A stretch of DNA of 50,542 nucleotides. Origin: Thermoplasmata archaeon. Lineage in GTDB: Archaea > Thermoplasmatota > Thermoplasmata > UBA10834. Made by a program: the position numbers and the translations under genes. The notes under the pieces were generated by a model. The model was given only the letters and a program-made list of their open reading frames with translations. It did not search any database and was not told where the DNA came from. Numbering within the stretch: position 1 is the first letter of the stretch; every line of letters begins with the position of its first letter. The stretch lies in assembly GCA_041479325.1 (NCBI GenBank), contig JBGOXV010000001.1, forward strand, positions 1 through 50,542. Direction: 5' to 3'. This document shows, piece after piece, positions 26,052 through 33,753 of the stretch.

Positions 26052-26257
26052 AGAACCCGTAACGCGTCGAGCCGGGAGATTCCCTCATGGGAGAGGGGGT
26101 CGGCCCGGATCCAAACCCTTTCTTATTCCATATTTCTATCAGCTACGAGATCGAGTCAACGAGAGATGGACACTTTCCCAGCGAAAGCTGAATGAATTGA
26201 AAGTAGGACGAATGAACACTTTTCGGCGTAGTTGGCGTCCGTCATGGAGAAACGCAG

Positions 26258-26266
26258 TTGATATAG
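26258..26266 (+). promoter_or_regulatory. TATA-like box upstream of the 26297 gene (duplicated copy)
   Basis: TTGATATAG lies about 35 nt upstream of the ATG, followed by AGGGGGA. It aligns with the 23430-23440 element. Confidence 0.4.
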
Positions 26267-26296
26267 CGCAACTGACATCCCTAATAGGGGGAATGA

Positions 26297-28906
26297 ATGG
26301 CGCGCAACGAACAGTTTTCAAATGATGGTGCAGTGGGTGGCTTAGCACATGTGGATCTTCCGCCCACGGATTCAGACACGACGGGGCGCAAGATCGCTCT
26401 GAGAGGTACTTCGGGCGAGCCATGGAAGAAGTTCATGGCCTTCACCGTGGTGGTTATCATGGTGGCTGCAGGATTCGTGATGCTGGCACCGGCATTGGCA
26501 CCGAGGCACACCCAGGCGGCTCCCATTGATCCTCAGGAGAACCAAGCGAGCATATCGCTCGGGGGTCCGAGAGAGGTCACGTACACGATATCGAACATGT
26601 TCGAATCGTACCAGAAGCAAAGCGACCCCACCCATAGCTGGCAGGGGGCCATTCCGGGCATGAGCAGCTGGTGGGGAACAAGGTTTGCAACGATGGGTGA
26701 TATGTACGTGCGAACCGTGTACCCGTACGTCATAGGGTACAACCCGTACAGCGCAGAGGTGCCCGGAGCAGGGGTATCAATACCCACGATGAAGTACGGA
26801 TTGTACACATTCTACAGAACGACCATCGATGCGAGGAATCTCACCAAAATCGGCACGGGCCCGGACATGGAGGCAACTTTCCTCCCTATCCTGTACAGCC
26901 CATGGACGACCGGCCTGGGACTGAATGGCGGTTGGATGAACTTCTCCTACTACATGACCTACTGTACCCAGGCTGACCTGGACGCCGCATCGACCGGCAC
27001 GGGTTACGCCCGCACGTACTACGGCGCGACGCCGAGCCAATTCAACTTCCAAGGTGCGAACGCAAACGACGGCTGGTACATCGAGCTCCAAGGAAAGGCG
27101 GACTTCAACATGGCGGCCGCGAAGAAATTCCTCGGTCTGACCGGGAGCGCGGACCTCAGGACACAATTCAACGCCAACAACACGGGGGCCAATCTGGGCA
27201 AGATGAACAGATCGCTGGCGGAATACTGGACCAGCGATGGAAGCAACACTGGGTTCAACGACACCTATTGTTCGTATGACTTCTCAATCGACTACTCGCC
27301 TCTCAAGGTGTTCCTATCCGTGGACCCGAGCTCCACGGCGTCGAAGCTCGTCCTCAGGATGTACTCGATCGGGTGGGGGCTCGAGTACCTCATGAACAGG
27401 TACCTGGACCGCATAGGTCTGATGTCGTCTCTTGTCACGTCGCTCGAGGACTGGTACCTGAACGGAACAGTCGGTCCAACCGGCGCCGACGTATTCTCGC
27501 GGTGCGTCTCAGTCTACAACATGATGGCCTGGAAGGATCCGGGGTTCTACTGCCCTGCATGGCAGATGGAAGTGGCCCACATCGACTACGCGCCGAACAA
27601 TGGCCTTCACGTGAACACAGACGGGAAGTGGAACTCCAGATACAATCCATACATGGCGACCACCACGGTCAAGCCGACATACATGTCATGGACCCCGGGA
27701 ACACTGACCTATGGACATGGTGTGGCATACTGGTACCCACCGATGAACTGGAATCTCTTGGCCGGGGAAAAGCTCACGGTCAAGCTCCCCGCATCGAGCA
27801 AGGGCGTACTGGGCTACATGCCGTATGCCGGTACTGGAATGCAGGACACACTTACTGAAGCCAAAAAGGTGGAGCTGCAGAGCCACACGGTGTGGGGTGA
27901 GCTCGGCTTGGGGAACCTGTATCCCGCTAGTCTGAGGAGCAGCACATACTACAACCACGCCACCAAGACCTTGACCATTACCGGTCCGACGAGCTTCCCG
28001 AGGAACCCCAACACGGCGTTCCCACTGTTGAACGCGACTGGGTCGCCGAGCTTCCAGTTCGACGTCATGCGCGTCAGCGACTACGCGATGGCAATCCAGG
28101 AACCTGGACCATACGTCACAGGACAGGCATACCACCTGACGTTGACCGCGAAAAACGTGACCGGCGCCACTGTGACAAATTGGAACGGCACGATCGACCT
28201 GACGGCGACCACGGGCACGACACTTGGAGCCACCTCGCTGTGGTTCGGGCCCGGAAGCAATGGCGTTGTGAGCACGACGATGACGTTCACGGCGAATGGT
28301 GCCAAGACCATAACTGCGACCGACAGGAACAACAGCCTCGATGTGCTCAGCAGCCTCCCGGTGATGGTTGGTCCGTTCGGCCTAACCCTAGTGGCTGGCT
28401 GGAACTTCATATCAGTGCCTCTTGCCGGTTACGGATACAAGGCGAGCACGCTCGGCCTGGTGGCGGGCAACGTGGTTGCTTCATGGAACTCGATTATTCA
28501 GTCCTACCATACATACATAGTGGGCATTTCTCCGCCGTCAGCTAATTTCGCCATAGCCCAGAACGTCGGATATTGGGTCTGGGTACCTGTCGCGAAGACG
28601 CTCCCACTCTCTGGAATCATCCCAACGACCGCGCAGACCTACACGTTCACGGTCCCAACGGCGGGCGGTTGGATAGCACTCGGTCTCGAGTCCATGAAGG
28701 CGACTTGGCACGCGGAGGACGTCACCACGATGTACTCGGGCTCAGGCGCCATCGCGATGGTAGCGTATTACGACGCAGCCACTTCGAAGTACGTTTCTTG
28801 GATCTCCGCGGTGCCGGCGCTCAACAACTTCCCACTGGCGCCGGGACAGGCGTACTGGTGCTGGGTCACAGCCGGACCTGGCGGGACAATAACTTACGTG
28901 CCTTGA
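26297..28906 (+). CDS. Large secreted protein of unknown function (paralogue B of the 23472-26051 gene)
   Basis: 869-aa ORF, colinear with paralogue A over its whole length. The large majority of residues are identical on by-eye alignment. It has the same signal, Ig-like domain and C-terminal domain (28376-28903). Confidence 0.75.
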   Translation: MARNEQFSNDGAVGGLAHVDLPPTDSDTTGRKIALRGTSGEPWKKFMAFTVVVIMVAAGFVMLAPALAPRHTQAAPIDPQENQASISLGGPREVTYTISNMFESYQKQSDPTHSWQGAIPGMSSWWGTRFATMGDMYVRTVYPYVIGYNPYSAEVPGAGVSIPTMKYGLYTFYRTTIDARNLTKIGTGPDMEATFLPILYSPWTTGLGLNGGWMNFSYYMTYCTQADLDAASTGTGYARTYYGATPSQFNFQGANANDGWYIELQGKADFNMAAAKKFLGLTGSADLRTQFNANNTGANLGKMNRSLAEYWTSDGSNTGFNDTYCSYDFSIDYSPLKVFLSVDPSSTASKLVLRMYSIGWGLEYLMNRYLDRIGLMSSLVTSLEDWYLNGTVGPTGADVFSRCVSVYNMMAWKDPGFYCPAWQMEVAHIDYAPNNGLHVNTDGKWNSRYNPYMATTTVKPTYMSWTPGTLTYGHGVAYWYPPMNWNLLAGEKLTVKLPASSKGVLGYMPYAGTGMQDTLTEAKKVELQSHTVWGELGLGNLYPASLRSSTYYNHATKTLTITGPTSFPRNPNTAFPLLNATGSPSFQFDVMRVSDYAMAIQEPGPYVTGQAYHLTLTAKNVTGATVTNWNGTIDLTATTGTTLGATSLWFGPGSNGVVSTTMTFTANGAKTITATDRNNSLDVLSSLPVMVGPFGLTLVAGWNFISVPLAGYGYKASTLGLVAGNVVASWNSIIQSYHTYIVGISPPSANFAIAQNVGYWVWVPVAKTLPLSGIIPTTAQTYTFTVPTAGGWIALGLESMKATWHAEDVTTMYSGSGAIAMVAYYDAATSKYVSWISAVPALNNFPLAPGQAYWCWVTAGPGGTITYVP

Positions 28907-29056
28907 CGAACGAGAAATGTGTCGAGCCGGGAGATCTCGTCAATAAGTTGGGGTCGACCCGGTTTCAAACCCTTTCTTGTTCCGCATTGTTGTCAGAAGC
29001 GGATTGCGTCAACGAGAAATGGATCCTTCCCTAGCGAGAGCTGGATGATTTGAAAG

Positions 29057-29130
29057 CGGGCCCGCCGGGATTCGAACCCGGGTCTTCGGCTTCGAAGGCC
29101 AATAGGATGTCCTAGCTACCCCACGGGCCC
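29057..29130 (-). tRNA. tRNA-Arg (anticodon TCG)
   Basis: The reverse complement is GGGCCCGTGGGGTAGCTAGGACATCCTATTGGCCTTCGAAGCCGAAGACCCGGGTTCGAATCCCGGCGGGCCCG. It folds as a cloverleaf: acceptor GGGCCCG/CGGGCCC, anticodon stem TTGGC/GCCGA with loop CTTCGAA, and T arm CCGGG-TTCGAAT-CCCGG. A TATA-like CATATAATA lies about 25-30 nt upstream. No CCA is encoded. Confidence 0.9.
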
Positions 29131-29219
29131 TGGAACAGGGATTGGCCGGGCGTATTATATGATTATGGAGGGTCTGCGGTGCTATCGGGGCGTGGCCCAT
29201 TAGGGTCAACGCGCCCGTG

Positions 29220-29747
29220 TCACGCGTTCCTTTCGGCTCTGACGGCGATATCCTTGTCTCTGAGCCTCTTCTTGATATAGGGTACGAGGCCACCCTCGTC
29301 CAGGATCATCTTCACGTGAGCTGGCACAGGCTCTAGGTCGGCCGAGCGATCGCCTGTGCTCGACACGAGACGATGACCTGGAAGGTCGAGCGAAACCGAT
29401 TCGCCATCGTGGAAGATGTCAAGTGCGTTCGAGGACACCACGACGGTCAACCCGAGATTGACCGCGTTCCGGTAGAAAATCCGCGCGAAGGATCTCGCAA
29501 TGACCGCCTCAATGCCGCTGTGCTTGAGCGCCATCACGGCCTGCTCCCTACTCGAGCCGCACCCGAAGTTCGCGCCGGCGATGATGACGTCCCCTTGGCG
29601 GACCCGTGAGGCGAAATTCCGGTTCGCCCCCTCCATTGCATGAGAGGCCAGGTGGGCGGGGTCGTAGTTGTCGAGGTGCTTGCCTGAGATTATCAGGTCA
29701 GTGTTCACGTCGTCCCCGAACTTCCAGACCCTTCCGCGACCACTCAT
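29220..29747 (-). CDS. Aconitase-family dehydratase small subunit (3-isopropylmalate / homoaconitate / methylmalate dehydratase type, LeuD/HacB-like)
   Basis: VWKFGDDVNTDLII, GDVIIAGANFGCGSSREQA and ARSFARIFYRNAVNLGL are LeuD-family signatures. It has an ATGA overlap with the large-subunit gene. Substrate specificity cannot be resolved by eye. Confidence 0.85.
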   Translation of the reverse strand: MSGRGRVWKFGDDVNTDLIISGKHLDNYDPAHLASHAMEGANRNFASRVRQGDVIIAGANFGCGSSREQAVMALKHSGIEAVIARSFARIFYRNAVNLGLTVVVSSNALDIFHDGESVSLDLPGHRLVSSTGDRSADLEPVPAHVKMILDEGGLVPYIKKRLRDKDIAVRAERNA

Positions 29748-31003
29748 GCGAGCAGCTTCCTCGGGTCGGTTATCTTGCCCTCGACGGCACTGGCCGCTAC
29801 CGTGGCCGGGCTGGCAAGATATATCTCGGCTTCATCGGAACCCATCCTCCCCCGGAAGTTCCTGTTGCTCGACGAGATGCAGACCTCGCCCGCTCCGAGA
29901 ACGCCTTCGTGCGAGCCGAGGCACGGGCCGCAGCCAGGCGGGAGGATGGTCCCACCGGCTGCTATGATTGTCTGAACCGCTTCCTTGCTGATCGCTTCTA
30001 TCAGCACCTTTCGCGAGGCTGGAGCCACGATGAGCCTGCAACCTTCATGCACCTTCCTGCCCTTGAGAACCCTTGCGGCCGCAAGGAGATCCTCCAGACG
30101 ACCGTTGGTGCATGTACCTATGAAGGCCTGGTCGATCCTTATGCCCTCCAACTTGTCGACGCTCTTGGCGTCCTCGATCCTGTGAGGACCCGAGACCATA
30201 GGTGGAAGCCACGAGATACCCACCCTGAGCTTGTTCTCGTAGTTGGCATCGCCATCGGACAGAACAACATCGAAGGAAGCCTCGTGCCCCTTGTACCAAT
30301 CGGCCGTTACCGCATCCGGCTCGACCATCCCCGCTTTCGCACCCGCTTCCATGGCCATGTTGGTCAGAACCATCCTGCTCGACATCGTCATGGAGTGCAC
30401 CGCATCTCCAGTGAACTGCAGGCATCTGTAATCGGCACCTGAAGGACCCAATCTTCGCGTCAGGTCGAGCGCGACATCCTTCGGGTAAGATCCCGGTGGA
30501 AGGCGACCGGAAAGCTCGATCTGGATGGTCCTCGGGACTCTCAGCCAAAGACTCCCGGTCGCCCACACGCCAGCCATCTCCGTGGCTCCTATCCCCGTTG
30601 CGAACGCCCCGACAGCTCCTGCTGTCGTGGTGTGCGAATCCGTGCCGAGCACGAGTTGGCCCGGTCTGACCAGCCTCTCCTCGACTAGGATCTGGTGGCA
30701 AATGCCTTCTCCGGAGTCGAAGAAATTCTCGATGCCGTACTCCCTGACGAGCGCGCGGATACGCGCATGGACAGACGCTGTCGTCGCTGTGTTCGCCGGG
30801 GTCCTGTGGTCCAAGATGATGACTATCTTGCTTGGGTCCCACGGATATGCAAGTGCGAAGGATGAGAATGATTTGCCAATGAGGAAGGTGCTCTCGTGAG
30901 ACATCGCAAGATCGGGGCTGGCATCAACGACGTCCCCTGCTCTTGCATCGGGACGCCTAGAGGCTCGTCCAAGGATCTTCTCTGAGGCAGTCCTTCCCGT
31001 CAC
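29744..31003 (-). CDS. Aconitase-family dehydratase large subunit (LeuC/HacA-like)
   Basis: It has a GTG start giving MTGRTASEKILG. Also present are DLAMSHE, GTDSHTTTAGA, the Fe-S ligand contexts FIGTCTNGR and PGCGPCLG, and NRNFRGRMG. Confidence 0.9.
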   Translation of the reverse strand: MTGRTASEKILGRASRRPDARAGDVVDASPDLAMSHESTFLIGKSFSSFALAYPWDPSKIVIILDHRTPANTATTASVHARIRALVREYGIENFFDSGEGICHQILVEERLVRPGQLVLGTDSHTTTAGAVGAFATGIGATEMAGVWATGSLWLRVPRTIQIELSGRLPPGSYPKDVALDLTRRLGPSGADYRCLQFTGDAVHSMTMSSRMVLTNMAMEAGAKAGMVEPDAVTADWYKGHEASFDVVLSDGDANYENKLRVGISWLPPMVSGPHRIEDAKSVDKLEGIRIDQAFIGTCTNGRLEDLLAAARVLKGRKVHEGCRLIVAPASRKVLIEAISKEAVQTIIAAGGTILPPGCGPCLGSHEGVLGAGEVCISSSNRNFRGRMGSDEAEIYLASPATVAASAVEGKITDPRKLLA

Positions 31004-31155
31004 AGGGACTCGAACTTGGTGAGGCTATATGAAAATGCCGAATCGCTCGCGAGCAGCCAATGCGTACCAGAACGCTGGTTGGAAACCGGACAAAGGGCAT
31101 TCCTGGCGATAGCTGGAAAAGGTATTTCCACTATGGGTCCAATCACTTCGAGACA

Positions 31156-33000
31156 ATGGAACGCATTCTGGAAGCGACCCCCGGTTCAAAGGTGCTCCTG
31201 CTCGGCAATGAGGCCATTGCGCGCGCTGCCCTCGAGGCCGGTGTCTCTGTCGCCACGACATATCCCGGGACGCCCGCATCAGAGATAGGTGATGCGCTCG
31301 CGCGCGTGGCGAAGGACGCCGGGATCTACTTCGAGTACTCCACGAACGAGATGGTCGCAACCGAGTTCGCAATAGGTGCCGCGACCTCCGGCGTGAGGGC
31401 TCTCGTGAGCATGAAGCACGTCGGGGTCAACGTCGCGGCGGATGCCCTGATCACATTCGCTTACACAGGTACGAGGGGCGGCTTCGTCCTGGTGACCGCC
31501 GACGACCCTTCCTGTCACTCGAGCCAGAACGAGCAGGACAACAGGTACTATGCTCTATTGGCCGGACTTCCGCTTCTTGAACCGTCGAACCCCCAGGAAT
31601 GCTACGAGATGACGAAGAAGGCGTTCGAGATCTCAGAGAAGCTCGAGCTTCCAGTGATCGTGAGGACAACGACCCGTGTGTCACATGTGCGGGGACCGGT
31701 AACTGTGGGGGAGATCGTCAAGGGCCCTAAGAAGAAGGACTTCGTGAAGGACCCGGGCAGATTCGTCACCATGCCAGCGGTCGCACGGGAGCGCCATCTG
31801 GTCCTGCTCGAGAAGCTGAAGCAAGCGGAGAGTCTGGCCGAAATCTCAAAGTTCAATGAGATGCACCGAAACGGAAAGAGTGGAAAACGAGGAATCATAA
31901 CTTCATCGGCAGGATCCAACTACGCGATGGATTCCGTTCAATCGCTTGGCATCGATGTGGATATTCTCAAGCTAGGCTTCTCGCATCCGCTGCCGTCCAA
32001 GTTGGTCGGAGAATTCCTGAGTAGCCATGATGTCGTGCTCGTTGTGGAGGAGCTCGAGCCCATTCTGGAGAATGCCGTCCGTGCGCTAGCCCAGCGACAA
32101 ATCCTGAAGACCAGGATAATCGGAAAATCGGATGGCGCCCTCCCGCGTGCACATGAGTTCGACCAGGACATCGTTGAAGCTGCCATCCAGAAAGCGTTCG
32201 GCATCAAGAGTGATGCGACGAATGTACCGGTGGTCCCAGGCGGCCTACCAGGACGACCGCCCGTTCTGTGCGCAGGGTGTCCTCATGGAGCAACCTACTT
32301 CGCCGTCATCAAGGCCGTTGGCAAGAAGGCGATATTCGCATCGGACATCGGATGCTACACGCTCGGGGTCGCCCCTCCATACAGGACAGCGGACCTGCTA
32401 ATCTGCATGGGATCCAGCGTCGGCACCGCCGGAGGGCTCGCGATGGTGAACGACGTCCCGGTGATAGCCTTCATCGGCGATTCGACCTTCTTCCATGCTG
32501 GAATTCCCGGCCTGATAAACGCGGTACACCACGGACACAAGTTCCTCCTCATGATCCTGGACAACCGCACGACGGCCATGACGGGACATCAGCCCCATCC
32601 TGGGAGCGCCGTCGGACCCTCGTGCTGCGAGATCACCGCGGTCTCGATCGAGGACATCGTGAGAGGGTGCGGGGTCAAGTGGCTGAGGATCGTGGACCCG
32701 TACGACATCAAGACGACGACGGAGACCGTCAAGGAGGCCGTGACTCAAGAAGGGGTCTCCGTCATAATCGCCCGGAGAGAGTGTATCCTTCTCGCAAGGA
32801 AGGACAAGACTGGCGTCCTGGCCAAGAAGCCTCACATCGATCAAGAGACCTGCAACAAGTGCAGGACATGCGTGGACAAGTTCCAGTGCCCTGCCATATC
32901 CAGCATTGATAAGGTCCAGAGCATCGACGAGACATTGTGCGCAGGCTGCGGGGTCTGCACCCAGGTATGCCCCTCGAAGGCCATCAAGGAGGGGAAGTGA
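31156..33000 (+). CDS. iorA: Indolepyruvate:ferredoxin oxidoreductase alpha subunit
   Basis: The start was set at MERILEATPGSKVLLLGNEAIARAALEAGV..TTYPGTPASEI. It has a TPP-binding region (GDSTFFHAGIPGLINAV) and two C-terminal 4Fe-4S motifs (CNKCRTCVDKFQCP and CAGCGVCTQVCP). Its stop overlaps the iorB start (GTGATG). Confidence 0.9.
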   Translation: MERILEATPGSKVLLLGNEAIARAALEAGVSVATTYPGTPASEIGDALARVAKDAGIYFEYSTNEMVATEFAIGAATSGVRALVSMKHVGVNVAADALITFAYTGTRGGFVLVTADDPSCHSSQNEQDNRYYALLAGLPLLEPSNPQECYEMTKKAFEISEKLELPVIVRTTTRVSHVRGPVTVGEIVKGPKKKDFVKDPGRFVTMPAVARERHLVLLEKLKQAESLAEISKFNEMHRNGKSGKRGIITSSAGSNYAMDSVQSLGIDVDILKLGFSHPLPSKLVGEFLSSHDVVLVVEELEPILENAVRALAQRQILKTRIIGKSDGALPRAHEFDQDIVEAAIQKAFGIKSDATNVPVVPGGLPGRPPVLCAGCPHGATYFAVIKAVGKKAIFASDIGCYTLGVAPPYRTADLLICMGSSVGTAGGLAMVNDVPVIAFIGDSTFFHAGIPGLINAVHHGHKFLLMILDNRTTAMTGHQPHPGSAVGPSCCEITAVSIEDIVRGCGVKWLRIVDPYDIKTTTETVKEAVTQEGVSVIIARRECILLARKDKTGVLAKKPHIDQETCNKCRTCVDKFQCPAISSIDKVQSIDETLCAGCGVCTQVCPSKAIKEGK

Positions 33001-33614
33001 TGCCCGACATCTACCTGGTCGGAGTGGGGGGGCAAGGAATCATCACGGCCTCGAGAATCATCGGCGACGCTGCGCTCATTGCAGGGAAGAACGTGCTCCT
33101 GAGCGAGACCCACGGGATGGCTCAGAGAGGGGGCTCCGTCGTGTGCACCGCCCGGATAGGCGATATGCACAGTCCGTTGATACCTGCTGGCAAGGTTGAT
33201 GTCATCCTCTCGTTCGAGCTGCTTGAGACAGCCCGAGCGGCGTGCAACGCATCCAAGAGGACGGTGGTCATCTCGTCGACGGAGAGGATCGTTCCGCTGA
33301 GCGTCTCGAGCCAGAAGCTCAAGTACCCAACCCTGGAGGATGTTCAGGTAATCGTCATGCAGTCCGCGAAGGATTTCGTTGCGATAGACGCGCTGAAGTT
33401 GGCCGAAGAAGTGGGCGTCAGGATGTCCTCGAACGTCGTGATGGTCGGCGCCCTGGCAGGGACAGGAATAACGGGTCTGCAACGGGACCATTTCGAGAAG
33501 GCCATCAAGATGAACATCCAGTCGAAGCAGGGAGAGAATCTGGCAGCGTTCGTGAAAGGGTTCTCTGAGACTGCAAAGTCCTCAAACGCCCGGCAATCAT
33601 TAAAAACGAGGTAG
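33000..33614 (+). CDS. iorB: Indolepyruvate:ferredoxin oxidoreductase beta subunit
   Basis: MPDIYLVGVGGQGIITASRIIGDAAL...ETHGMAQRGGSV is typical of IorB and the 2-oxoacid oxidoreductase gamma family. It is translationally coupled to iorA. Confidence 0.85.
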   Translation: MPDIYLVGVGGQGIITASRIIGDAALIAGKNVLLSETHGMAQRGGSVVCTARIGDMHSPLIPAGKVDVILSFELLETARAACNASKRTVVISSTERIVPLSVSSQKLKYPTLEDVQVIVMQSAKDFVAIDALKLAEEVGVRMSSNVVMVGALAGTGITGLQRDHFEKAIKMNIQSKQGENLAAFVKGFSETAKSSNARQSLKTR

Positions 33615-33631
33615 AGCGTTGGACTCCGCAC

Positions 33632-33707
33632 GGGCCCATGGTCTAGTGGTTATGACAACGCCCTTACACGGCGTAGATCACCGGTTCAAATCCGGTTGGG
33701 CCCACCA
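33632..33707 (+). tRNA. tRNA-Val (anticodon TAC), with genomically encoded 3' CCA
   Basis: The sequence is GGGCCCATGGTCTAGTGGTTATGACAACGCCCTTACACGGCGTAGATCACCGGTTCAAATCCGGTTGGGCCCACCA. The acceptor is GGGCCCA/TGGGCCC, the anticodon stem ACGCC/GGCGT has loop CTTACAC, and the T arm is ACCGG-TTCAAAT-CCGGT. CATTAAAAAC lies about 30 nt upstream. Confidence 0.9.
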
Positions 33708-33753
33708 ATTCCGTCACCAAGGCCACACACTTCAGCAAAGATGATTACCAGCC

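Larger units (their letters stand above)
23382..26203 (+). repeat. Tandem duplication, copy 1 (promoter, gene and 3' flank)
   Basis: It starts at GAATGAACACTTTTCGGCG and ends at ...GCTGAATGAATTGAAAG. It is colinear with 26210-29056, including non-coding flanks. Confidence 0.8.
26210..29056 (+). repeat. Tandem duplication, copy 2 (ends at the tRNA-Arg 3' end)
   Basis: It starts with the same GAATGAACACTTTTCGGCG and ends at ...GCTGGATGATTTGAAAG at 29056, immediately adjacent to the tRNA-Arg(TCG) 3' end at 29057. Confidence 0.8.

Noticed and set aside
29606-30842. Overlapping 278-aa (+) and 265-aa (-) alternative-frame ORFs within the LeuC-like gene
   Set aside because: Both are off-frame or antisense relative to a gene with unmistakable aconitase-family motifs. 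They are Arg/Gly/Pro-rich artefacts.
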